From assembly GCA_977030845.1 (NCBI GenBank), contig OZ365112.1, positions 27,528,001-27,592,000 on the forward strand: a DNA stretch of 64,000 bases. Reading direction: 5' to 3'. Numbering within the stretch: the stretch's first letter is position 1; each line of letters opens with the position of its first letter. Under the pieces are notes generated by a model. The model was not told where the DNA came from. It worked only from the letters and a program-made list of their open reading frames with translations, and did not search any database. The stretch comes from Fimbriosthenelais zetlandica. Taxonomy: Eukaryota. This document shows, piece after piece, positions 38,205 through 50,501 of the stretch. The position numbers and the translations under genes are program-made.

Positions 38205-41200
38205 CGTAATGTTAGATGGTCATTTCTATGGAGCAGGGGATTTATGGTTATTACTAATTGTGATATTTCCCGGGATTTGATTCACTCTTATCGCCTGTTG
38301 TATCCGGAACGATGATTTCCATTAAATGAGGGCGCGCCAGGAAAAGACGGGGAGACGAATATAATATTTAAAATGTGGGTTAATTGTTATAATTATTAGA
38401 ATAATATGAGGTTATTAGATACAATCTATGAGATTATCAGATCATAATGTGTATTATCCTATATGATATACTTCCCTGTTCTTGTTTACTTATTGCAAGT
38501 AGAACAAAAAATCTATTTTACATTTGTTAGCCTATGCAGAAATATAGAAGGAATGTTTTGAAAAAGTGCTATGGATTTACCATTGACGATTATGGCACAG
38601 ATTTGTGGTGAAACATGTCCCTGGACTTGCGATATTTGTCTTTGCAAGTCCACATTTCATTTAGAAAGCAAATCGAGGGGAAAATCTTTGAGACCACAAA
38701 AGAAGACCTGCATATGTTATTTTGACTTTGAAGAAAGATCAGGCAGATAATCCAAGATTATCAGAAGGATTATAGTGTGTAGGGGTTAATAGTTATCCCG
38801 AATTATCATCATCATCATCTAGTAATGATACTGTTCAGAGGACTGAAGTGTCGGGCTAACAGGAACTCTACAGTTATTTCCTGGAAGGTTTTTTAACGTG
38901 TTTATAAAGAACACAATGTTTTATTAGCCATATCCTTGTGGCGAGAGAAACTTTAAAAAATGTGATCATTTTGGCCTGGGGCTGACGCAGGGGACGTGTG
39001 GCTGAATGACTGCTGGTCTCTAGGCCTGCCTTCCGGCTATAATCCCCTCCGACCACAGCCCGCCCGCCCGCCGGGCCTGTCCCTCCACACCTGTCCCTCC
39101 CTCCTCGGCCATCCATCCCCGGGCAGACAGCTGCAGGGCTGACGGGAGAGGGAGCCGCTCAGCCCGGTCAGACTCACGGCCACCACCCGGTCTCTTTTTC
39201 ATGTGGTCAACCAATATGGGGGAAACAAACAGAACACCTTTTTCCTGGACTGAACAAAATCTGTCACGAAGCGTCCAGGCGTGTGATCAGGGTTCCTTGA
39301 AGTGTGATCAATTTGGGAAAGGGGGGTTAAAGAACTTAATAGCATTCCGACGGATTGAGATTTTCGGACGCGATCCGCAATACATGGTTGCTTTAAGTGG
39401 TGCTACTCAAGCGTCAAACTTAATGAAAGGAACACACTTTACAAGCCATAAAACTCTCAGACAGAGAATTATTAAATTATTTAACAAATAAAAGCAGGTA
39501 AAGGGAGTGGATTTGGACATGGGCTGAACGACGCATGCACGCGTCGCGTCCAAAAAGGCGTAGATTTAATCGCGTCGTGTGTCAAAATCTAATCACGACT
39601 TCTGACCCGATCACTAAATCACACGACTCCTTCAAACAAGGCCTAATCGTGAGCTCAAAAGCCATGTTACACTAACGATTCCCGCATCTCCCTCCACTCC
39701 CCCCTCGGGGTTCAAATCGTACCTTATTTGCCCACCCTCCGCTGTGCCGCAACTCCCTTGGCGTCCAATGTTTTTGAACGGACTGAATATATTCAAGGGG
39801 GAGGGGGTGGGAAAAAAGGGGGTTAGGGCTAGTTTTTCATAGGGGTTTGAGAGAAGGGGAAGTGGGTCGGGGAGAGTTCCTGCAGAGCTTTGGTTGGGAC
39901 TTTTCTATGGGAGACGAGCAGGGAGCAAGGCGGTAGCGACCAGATAACATCTAGGTCCCATATGTGAACCTACTCTCCAGTTACAAGCGCCAGATTGGAC
40001 GGCCTTTATAAGCGCCCGGGTTTAGAAGCGTCGGTATATGGGCCTGATGGTCGTAGAATGGGCTATATAGAGCCCCCCTCTGTCCTTGCTTCCTATTGTT
40101 GTACTCAACACTCGGATGGGCTTAGGCCAAAAATAAGTACTCTTGCTAATTATATAAACTAGAATAGGATTTCCAGGAACTATGATTAAATCTACATGTA
40201 TCTAATGCAAGGATCTGTGTTAACAGAATCTCCCTGTGAGTGTTCCCCTCGAGAAGAAACCGTTTTAATTTTGCAGCTTGAAAATTGAAACGTACAATTA
40301 TTTTGTTCAGCCTTGTATAGGTCCTAATGTTACTAGGACACTAGGATAGAGTACGAAGGGGATTAAGTAGGACTCATCAGAGAGGTTTCTTAATAGAGTT
40401 GTCACTGACTCAGTGAAGACTTTATTGCTCTATCAATTAACTGAAACCAATAGGTCGATTCCAAGTCCATTACTTGTATAAGTCTGGGTCATTCTACCGA
40501 AATTTCATTTCTGGACAATTCATCCAGATTCTCCGGTGTACAAGCATACATCAAAGCTTTTAGCCTCCAATAAGATTTCATTCAGAACGCCTTAACGGTT
40601 GTCTTAGGAACTGAAATTCGCCCTGGACATTGGCTTGGCATGGAACTTCTCCCTTAAGACTTAAATATTGGATACTGAGTTTATTTTCCCTTCCCATTAG
40701 ATCCCATTCCCTTTGATGTACCATTGCATCAACGCCAACTCCCCAAATAATGCAATATCTTATAGATATGAATTTGTCAACGTTTGACAATTGACAGCAA
40801 TATATATTCTCTATATAATATACTGTATGTAATATATAAAATAAGGCACGTATACACTGAGACGACACACTTTGATCTGTCGTGACATGTCTTATACCAT
40901 AGCCTGTGAGATCATGACCTTTTGGTCAGCACAAAGACTTAAAAACCTAGAGCCTATAGTGTATGATATAAGCCTGTAGAGTCCGGCCTTTATGTCTCTG
41001 GTCAGTTTAGGACAATGCTCAGCCCTAGGATGCCTGTCGTAGACCTATGATTACCATCTCTAAATGTGGACCCCGTTCCTCCCCCGAGCCTGGCCCAGTT
41101 TGAAAGGAATGGAGAGTCGGAGGGACATTTTAAATACAAGCTCCGACAAAGGCTATAGAGGGTGGAATTAGCCTGCGCTATGGGGTTTCCCCCTCCCTCT

Positions 41201-44200
41201 GAACTTTTATATTATAAGCCCCCAAGCTCAGGTCGCAGTTCTGGGACTTGAGTGTAGACTTTTTATGTAATCCGGCGAGTAATAATCAAGTAAATATTTG
41301 AATTTACAAGACGCCTTCATTTTGCTTGATATATTATTGTTCGCCCAGGTATTTGTATTGAAAACAGGACATGGGCGTCAAGATCAGTATATTCTATACA
41401 AGCTCTCTCTCCTTGATCATTAGCATTGCATTTAAGATCCTTTAATAGAAGCACAACATTGGTAATTCTAAGTGCAACAAGTTGCCATGGAGAAACAGGA
41501 TGCAATGGAAAAGCCATAGCGTTTGGAGAGGAAGAAAAAAGCCTGGGTAAACATATATAAAACAAAAGAGAAATTTGATGCGTGGAGTAATTACTTGGGG
41601 ATATGGGATTGACAAATACAGTGGCACATATTTTACAAAGGGGGGCATATATATATGCGCTTTCACAGCACAATGTACGTCATTTCACATAAAATCCAGC
41701 CGGCTAGAGGAACACATATGTCGGTGACAAGTCATTATCCCTCTCCATCCCGGCGCAAAATGTCAAGAGGGGGGCTAGAGAATAATAAAGTGGATGTGCA
41801 ATGGAGCAGAGGGGCCGCGGAGGATGTGTATTTCAATTAGCTGGTCCTAACACACAGGAAATTAAACGAATCATTGTCAGTACGATCAAATAGACACGGT
41901 GGATGTGGGATGGGGTGGAAGAGAGAGAGGGGGAGGGGAGAGAGAAGGGAGGGAAGGAAAGGGAAGGGAGAAGGACCATATACGATGGAGTGCATGGTGT
42001 ATATTGGGGTGATTTGGAGGGATGCGGGATAGCCGAATAGGATGTCTGGGCATTTATTATTCATGGCATCACTATCTATGACCTCAAAGGCAACATTTCT
42101 GACCCCTTGAATATTAAAAATATTATTCAATGCATTAGGAGAATATTAAAGAGTATTATGTTCCTTGCTCAAGGGATTCTTTTATGCCATTATTGCTTAA
42201 ATATGCAGTGAATATATAAGCCTTTCCATTCGTCATTAAAATACTAAATACTTCAGTGTAAATCATATATCACAAAATAGGTAAAGAGCAGAACACTAAA
42301 GATGTCTCCCCCGCTATACATAGTTTCTTCTATGGGTATTGTGCTGTTCCCTCTCAAGGAGTCCATCCAACCCTGTTTTCAACACATTTACTCTAGAGAA
42401 TCTAACGATTTGCCTCTCAAGCAAATAGGCAAGAGCACCTTGCAATAAGCAGGTGGCTGGTGTTTTATTGATTGACGCCTTATGAAGAATGGCTTCTTTT
42501 ATATGTAGGTTACAATCACTGGCTGAGAGAGGAGAGTGAAGGGAGGGGTCGTATTGATTTGACAAAGCTCTCTCCAACTCTCTCTCTCTCCCAAACATCG
42601 GGAACTCTAGGGTTAAATTGGCACACTTGTAACGCCGTTCCTGAATGGAATAAATTCGGTGCCATTTTGTTGAAGTCTCTCCTTCAAGAAATACTCCACC
42701 AATTAGGACGCATTGAATGAGACAAACTGCCCTTGATTGCCGGTGTTATGCAAATTCCATCCCTTCAGAAATTCTCCCCATGATGGAAAATGATTTGTAT
42801 GTTCTTGGTAGCAAACTACAATCATTGAATTTCAAAATGGCTTCAATACATTCAACATGGCTTCTTGTCTTAAACTGGCTCAAGGTTGTACATATTCAAC
42901 ACGCATGATACTTTCCCATTAATATTTAACGTGCGGGGATTCTTTCTTAAGCAGCGGGCTCTTGGAATGAAAGAATTCTCAAAGTAACGTACATCGCTGC
43001 TTATAAAACGCAGAGGGAGAAAGAAGAAGTGGTCCAAGGGAGGCAAAGGGTGAATGTATTGACCATTTCCATTGATCTCCTCGAGGGGGCGTGGCAGAGC
43101 ACCTGAAGGCAGGAAATCAAGGGGCATTAAGGAGTCTAAGGGGGGAGGGGGGCCTTCCAACTGCCTTTCTCATGAGGGGGAGTGGCATGAGGCATTAAGA
43201 CCTTCTCAACGACGTCTTAGATTAGCAGTTCTGACCTCCATTGCTTTCCCTACCAAGCAATACATGTACAGTGCTATTCCCATATCCGACCACCCCTAAA
43301 CCGACCAATAAACCAACCACCAACTAAACCGACCATGTTTGTCTGGTCCCAGTTTATATCTATTGTTTAAAGTATCCCCTAAAGCGACCACCTCTCTGTA
43401 GAGACAACAGAAGTAGTCGCATTAGAGAAGGAATACTGTATATATCTCCTATTGCAAGACAACCCCAATATATAGCAAGACTGCACACATTCCTAGGCTT
43501 GCATAATGCCCGGAACCTTGACATTTGAACCTGTGAATACCCTACAGGTATGAAAGTCGATCCCGTCTGGGATATCATTGAAGGTGTATTGAAGTCAGCC
43601 CAGTTCAGAGCTGTGGCTTTGCAGCTTACTTTAAAGTGTGTAGGTTTAATTCTTTAAGTGGCAATAATGATAGCTGTTGAAATAGATTGCGGACAACTTG
43701 ATTTGTAATAGAATTTCTAATGGCTTCTTGATTCCAAAAGGGAAAGGTCTAGAGTGCATCTTCAATTCCGAAAAGCCATTTGGGCTTTAAAATGAAATGC
43801 ATTGTTAGCAATTGATCTGAGCTTGGCCTATATGTATACTTGTGTCCCTCATTATGCCGCTTAATGACCATCTCACTAAAGCGACCGCCTCACTTTCCGA
43901 CCACAAATGGTCCGAACCACCATCTACTAAGGCAATATACTCACGAAAGCGAAAATCCCGCTATACTTCCACAATTAGTTCAACCCCACGGGTGGTCGGT
44001 TAAGTTAGAACCCACTGTATTATTTTGTCTATTTGTGAGTCCCATCTCTTGCTCTCCTTGCCTTCTATATATATATAATACCGCTGGAGGCCTACAGTAC
44101 ATGATGTCATAATAAATAGACCATCCTGTATTCTACCCACCACCTCATATATACCTTGACATGAATGCCACCCTCAGAAAAGTGACCCCCTTCTCCACTC

Positions 44201-46351
44201 CCCTCCCTGAAAAACATATCAGTTTTGTGTATCAACTTTTTGATGTATGTCTCCTAGACCTTGTGACGTACCATTAATCATATCTCCCTTGTAATGGTAT
44301 CTACCTCATATATGTATGGATATATACATGGGAGCCATTGCGTATATCTATGGAATGACTGAGTCATTCTCTATATGGTATATATTGCACCCCAGGGTGG
44401 TATCGCTATAGCATCTCAAATAAACAGCAATATGAGACTTGCAAAATTCTCCCCCATATCAATCAGCAATTTTCATTTTCAAAGGTGTAAAAGTTTTTTG
44501 GGGCCACACATGCACTGGATTGATTTGCTGTAAGGGATTTCGATGGAATGAAATGGAATGGAATGAAAGATGTTGTTAAGAGGTGGGCCTTGAGCACAGA
44601 GGAGTCTTTTGTTTGTTACTTGAAGCTCAAACATGCATGGCAGATGCCTATGTTGCTCCTTTTCCAAATATACACAGATGGTACTATGTGTCTTGCACAC
44701 TCCTATGAACACGACTTCAAATCCTCTCCCCACCCATTCCCAATGCTTTTACACTTACCAATGCATTTTGAATACCCATTGAAACCAGTGGGAAAACCTT
44801 GCATTTCACTTGTCGAATTATTCCAAGACATTTTAAAAGCGCTCTCCTTAGGGCTTATTATCTGAAAATCAAAGTTTCCACGCTCGCTTCTGAAGCTAAA
44901 ACAAGCCCAATTTTCACCAACTTTTTAATTGAAATCACTGATCAAAACAATGATGGGTAAAAAAATCAATGATAAAAACCATTTAGTTCAAAGAATTAAG
45001 TCGCAATGCTGCTTTGGCTGACTTTTTCACTAATTGGAAGTGATTTTTTTCTCTCTCTCAAAAGAACATGCAGCTGCATGGGTCGTCTTTCCATGCAAAC
45101 CCACATGCTGTGAACCCAACAAAAAAGCTCAACGTTCCCAACATGTGTAAATGGGTGAAATTCTCCTATTGAGCCCATACACAAATGATCAGTATGTATA
45201 TGTAGCACTCATTAGGCTACACCGCTCTGACATGCCATCAAAGCATTGAGCTACAATGTTACAAGCCATGGCTGCTCCCCATCTTTCTTCATGCTTTGGC
45301 AGCTGTTGGCTTGCGGGGTGGGGGGTTGGTGCGCGGGGGTTAGTGTCGGCAAAACTAAAATGAAATAAGAAAAATGAAATATATGACATGTAGTCGTATA
45401 GTGCGTCGTCCCATGCACGACCTTTTAGCCTCGGGTTGAGTTCTCCTCTCGGAACATCCCTAAGACTTGTCCTAAATGACCTTGGGGGTTAGAGAGTGGG
45501 GGTTGGGGAAAGGCATGCATGCAATTCACCTATACTTCTTGCATGCATGCAATGCCACGATGGCTGCCCCCTATATAAAAAGTACATTTTATAATGCAGA
45601 CACTGACAATACGTTTGTGTGGTCTCGAGGGGGATTCCCTGTGCTTAGAAACATGCTAAAATATCCATAGATATCCTCCAAGAAGTAGACTAAAGACAGT
45701 CGCATTGCAAGGCATTGCTTTGGGGTTCAACAGTCCTTAATTTAAGTGTGTATATATAGTTTAACCCCCTGTAGAAAGACACAGCTTCTGGGCTGATCGG
45801 AGAGCAATGCACGGCCCATTAGTAGACACAAACACGATCGTTCTAATTGGCATAATTGGCCATGTAAATTAGCTCCCTCAGTCAATAAAGGCCTGGAGAT
45901 GAGGGGAGAGTGGGTGGGGAAGCAATTGTATGCCGGGGTTGGGAGGGGATGGGGAAAGGGTCAGGGAAGGTCTCTTAGCCCCGGGCTGTTGGCAGTGGTA
46001 AAAGGAGGGGGTCGGGGGATGAACTGCAAAGGTATGTTCCCATCCTATAAGGGCTAGGTGTGCAATTGTTATCGGAAGACAAACTTGTGTATAGATATTG
46101 AGACTTGGCCTTGGGGTTGAAGTTGAAGCAACAAACTCCTATTCTCCTTCTTGAGTTGTAATGTGTGAGGGCTAATTAAGCGCGTGTACCATTTCAATGT
46201 GAACTATTTTACTATATTTAGCATTTTGAAACTTAAAGTATTAATTGTTAAAGTAATATAGTTTTTTTGTGCAGTAGCTTATCAAGTAATTGAACTGAAA
46301 TCTTTTGTCTGGCGAAAAAACTAATAAAATTATCTTTTCTTTCATCAACAG

Positions 46352-46816
46352 GTGAAGATTTGGTTCCAGAACCGCAGATCCAAGTACAAGAAGGTTATGA
46401 AGCACAACAACCAGCACGGACCTGGCAACCCCCTGGCTTCCCCGGGCACCCAGCAAACTCAGCTCTCAGAGGACGGCGGCATGTCCCCACCCGGCCACGG
46501 CAGTCAACCACCCACCCCCACCCCACCAGGCGTGAATCCATCCCACCAGCAACAGAACGGACAACCTGGACAACAACCTCCACAACAGCAACAGCAAACG
46601 CCAAACGGCCAGCACCCACATAGCATGACCCCGGCGGCCATGATGCACCACCCCTCGCCCAACTCCGTCTCCCCTCCGTCCTCCTGGGCAGACATCACCA
46701 CATCCGGTACTTCCGGTCCCAGCACACCCACCCCCTCAGCACAATCATATATGTCACAGTATCCATGGTACTCCCAAACGGCCATGGCACCTCAGCACCA
46801 ATCCCTCCTCACATAA
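46352..46816 (+). CDS. Dlx: Dlx coding exon 3: helix 3 (VKIWFQNRRSKYKK) and a Q/P/S-rich C-terminal tail with YPWY motif, ending in TAA
   Basis: Acceptor ttttctttcatcaacAG|G. Completes the homeodomain in frame with exon 2. The C-terminal SQYPWY resembles the Dlx C-terminal Y-x-WY motif. Stop codon at 46814-46816. Confidence 0.96.
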   Translation: MKIWFQNRRSKYKKVMKHNNQHGPGNPLASPGTQQTQLSEDGGMSPPGHGSQPPTPTPPGVNPSHQQQNGQPGQQPPQQQQQTPNGQHPHSMTPAAMMHHPSPNSVSPPSSWADITTSGTSGPSTPTPSAQSYMSQYPWYSQTAMAPQHQSLLT

Positions 46817-47410
46817 CGAGCATTACCCCCACCTCCAGCCGCCAAGCCATTATATTAGTAGTGAACCTGTCTAGAATTATTATTAAAAGGAAAAAGAAGG
46901 CCAGGGGTTGTGTGTAGACAATTTTTATCATTATCACAAGAAAATGATTGAAGCCGCGACTTGATGTCGTCCTGGATTTCAAAACTCGCTATGAACAGAC
47001 TGTACATTCTAATCTATAAGTATGTTATGTTATATATATTATATTATATATATATTTGAAAAGAAAAGACCCTCCTCATCCCTCTTCATCCCGAATAACA
47101 ATGCCTCTCCCCGGATATTGGACATTATCTATTGGAAGTTGCTATCCCTGAGCTGGGAGAGTGAGAAGTGGACTATGGTTAGGATAATGGAACATATAGG
47201 AATGTTGAGGCATGACGGGGCTGGTGTCAGTGGCTCCCTCAGTGGCCACTCAGGGTACTACAGCATGAGAGAGGAATGCTTCTTTTTAGTCAACGGAGAG
47301 AGAGGACACATAAAAGGGAAAAATTTACACACAAAATTCCTCCTCGCGAAAAAGAAAGTCTATCCTACATGATCTATTCAAATGTGAGTGTCATGGAAAG
47401 ATATTCTTAA

Positions 47411-47609
47411 GGCCTGTATCGACTGAAGTCTTAAGGGCATACGACAACTCGTAAGAACTCTCCTAAGCTGATGTCCTATGCAGCTAAACAAGTGGACAGT
47501 CGGAGACATGAACATTTTAATCGAGTGTTTTAGAGATATCTTAGTAAGGTTCTGTAAGGGATCGTCGTAAGGCTGTCGTAAGGCCTTAAGACCTCAGTGG
47601 ATGAAGGCC
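47411..47609. mobile_element. MITE of about 200 bp with GGCC-terminated TIRs
   Basis: Left end ggcctgtatcgactgaagtcttaag versus reverse-complemented right end ggccttcatccactgaggtcttaag; internal ttacgac/gtcgtaag motifs. Related fragments at about 1910-1985 and 49280-49400. Confidence 0.65.
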
Positions 47610-48206
47610 CTTTAGTACATGAGAAATCCTACTAGCTGTATGATGTTTATATTTGGTGAGTGTCTGTATAAAGTATATAAGTCTAGGTGTATATGAAAGT
47701 CGCGCTAATGGCGAATTATCAATCAAAATGTCTCAATGGACTTCATGTCCACGGGCAAACGTGCAAATGTTGGGTTGTACAAGAAACTAAATCACTTTTT
47801 CTCAATTAAAAATCCAATTTTAAGCCATTCCATAGTACAATATCTTAACATTTCCTTGCTTGTTTACCTTAAAAATGACCTTAATTCAGTTGAAGCTTAT
47901 CATTGTCAGATATTTTAAAGGTCACAATTAAAGAACAAACCTCATTCTTTATTTAATTAAAAGGAGACTCGCTCATCCGATGAAACAATGCTTATGTTCT
48001 TGTATATATTTTTTAATGAATTGACCTGGAATACATGGATGGATCTTCTGTTCTTTTTTTAGTTATATTTACAAATGCTGAAGGGTTTTATTTATTATTT
48101 GTCTGTAACTTTTCATGTCACAGAATGTTGGGTGGCATTTTATTTGGGTTAACTTAACCAATTAACCGCCTGGTATAGCTTCAATTTCACACTGACCTCA
48201 ATGTTT

Positions 48207-48212
48207 AATAAA
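48207..48212 (+). terminator. Candidate Dlx polyadenylation signal AATAAA (implies a 3' UTR of about 1.4 kb)
   Basis: First canonical AATAAA I found after the stop codon, with a CA about 10 nt downstream and then a TGTG/T-rich stretch. ATTAAA variants occur earlier (about 46882, 47927, 47957), so the 3' end is uncertain. Confidence 0.35.
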
Positions 48213-50359
48213 CGTACGGACAATATTGTGATCACTTGGATCTACTGAAAGCATTTCATAATGAATTAAATGTAAAATGAACCTTTACTGTAACAGATGA
48301 ACCAACAATCCTCCTTTAAATGTGTCATTGGTACTTGATTGTCATATTATGAAAATATATTGCATGTTATTCTATATCTTAGGGTTTTGTCATTTTTTGT
48401 GCATTGGAAGTGCCTTTATTGTGCTCGTTTTAGTTATCTGTTCTCCCTCAATCCAAATAGAGGCACTTGCGGGTTAAATTATTCCAATCAAACTCCTGAT
48501 TTTAAAGACATTTGAAATACATGAATTCACAGAATCAACCCTTCTTGTTTTTTTTTCATGAAAGAAGGTCGGATGCGGTGCATTAGTTCAAAAAACCAGG
48601 GTTATACACAAAGATGTACATTTCATTTACGTTTCCATGACAACCAATTAACGACATTATTATTATTATAAATGTCTGGGTTATACACACACGTCACAAA
48701 TGGGTGCGAATGTATCTTTATATAAATGTGTACATTTCTATTAGAATGATATCGTACATGAGTGGGCCAATCAAAAAGTGATTTTTTGATTTCCCCTGCA
48801 AGTGGTAAAAAAATAATTGATAAAAAAAATAATTGTATACATACATAAATCATTGAGTTATTTCAAACTGGCAAAATATCTGAATGGGTATATATACCGA
48901 TATAATATTGTATGAAGGCCATACTGATATACGTCCGAAATCGGATTGGTATGTACATTCATTGTTATATAGGTGTACATGTATATTTCATGCGACCACA
49001 ATTCATCCTTGACTCATCGTTCTCTGTGGAAAAAAGGTAGGCAGCAATCAGTCAATGCGCCTTCTCTTTTTTTAGAGAAAAATAATCCACCTTTCTCTAA
49101 GGGAATTCTCCTAATTTATCCATTGTCTCTTCATACCATGTATAGCATACGTAGATATGCCATAATTTCACCTCTTCAAGATATATTGTCAGAAAAAACA
49201 TGAAAATAAATATTGATAATATATAAATGAATGTTATCTTCATCGTTTATTCGCTGCACGCTTTTCCCGTTATAGGGATCGAGTTGATCCACTTATAAGA
49301 TCTCAGTGGAACCATCTATATACATGTATGTCTTAACTACTTAGGACATCTTTTACGACCTTCCTCTAGAAACTTGTCAACGTCGTAAGGGCGGTTTAAC
49401 TCGGAACAAATAATGAAAAATAGTCTGAAAGAAAGCTGTTCTAAAGGAAAAGTATCTCAGACCCTTTTATAGAACCTCACTGGGTCTAACCCTTTCAACT
49501 ATTGATCAAATTTCAGTTACATTTTATTCTTGATGTCTAGTCCTATATATCATACATTGACTCTTAATTGATATATCTGCATTGGTCATTGCACAAATAT
49601 GTATCTATACAAACTTACTCGTGTTACAAAGTTACGACATGACCCATTATGAAACATTCCTCGAGCATTATGAAACATACCTTTCCTCACTTTTACTATC
49701 GTTGCATATTAACATATGCTTTCTTGTCTTTCTTTCTAGTTCTGCCTTTGGAATGAAGTACGCAACCTCCCTGTAAGTGAACCGATTATTTTTTACGCCA
49801 ATATTATATTAAGAATTCCTAGTCTGCTCCTCTGAAGTGTTTTTTCGGTTGCGGGGAGAGGGAATATATTGGGCATCAAGTATGAGTGCATCATATCTCG
49901 ACTGGTGCTCATAACTTAATGTCAAATCATGGAAATCTGACCCCTTTACTACATGGGAGGATGCATTAATCATCCAGACCCAGGCCTGGTAACTTACAAC
50001 GCTTCCCCTATATGTTCATACAGACAGAGAGAGAAAGTCTGGATGAGGGCCAGGAAAAAGCTCCCATACCAGAACCTCTCTGATACCAACCCAGCTCCCC
50101 CACCCTACCATTCACCCCCTCCTAACTTCACCCTCCATCGCCCACCCTTCCAACTCCCTTCCAATGCATTATACATTGGGTTGCGTACATGCATACATGT
50201 GCATATTTAATCTATTGCAATCTATTGGCTTGTTTAGAATATTTATGAATTGAAAACCAACAAAGGAAAGTGTTTCTCCCCGTCCCCCTTTTCCATGGAT
50301 CTCGGATCTGCACCCTTGAGCCCTCCTGGCTGTTCTGTCCCAAGGTGTGGTAAACACTT

Positions 50360-50501
50360 TCAGGACCTGAGAAAGAGTGTTCACATAACTTCACTATTAT
50401 ATATGTATTCGATACCTCATGAATTTACACCTATGAGAAAGTGTTCACTATTCAGCGGAGATCCTTACTGAGATCTGTTCACTAATTGAGGTTTTACTGT
50501 A
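50360..50501 (+). mobile_element. Partial Tigger-like MITE related to the 76-bp family
   Basis: gagaaag(a)gtgttcac occurs twice and the segment ends GAGGTTTTACTGTA, the reverse complement of TACAGTAAAACCTC. Confidence 0.55.

Noticed and set aside
40321-40400. Hammerhead-ribozyme-like CTGATGAGTCC on the minus strand
   Set aside because: No GAAA follows the GGAC closing stem II, so the catalytic core is incomplete. The CTGATGA sites at 25083, 35467 and 51585 (minus) also lack it.
48631-48644. RFX X-box GTTTCCATGACAAC (near-matches at 8441 and 41481)
   Set aside because: Isolated, not near a TSS, and such motifs are frequent in invertebrate repeats.
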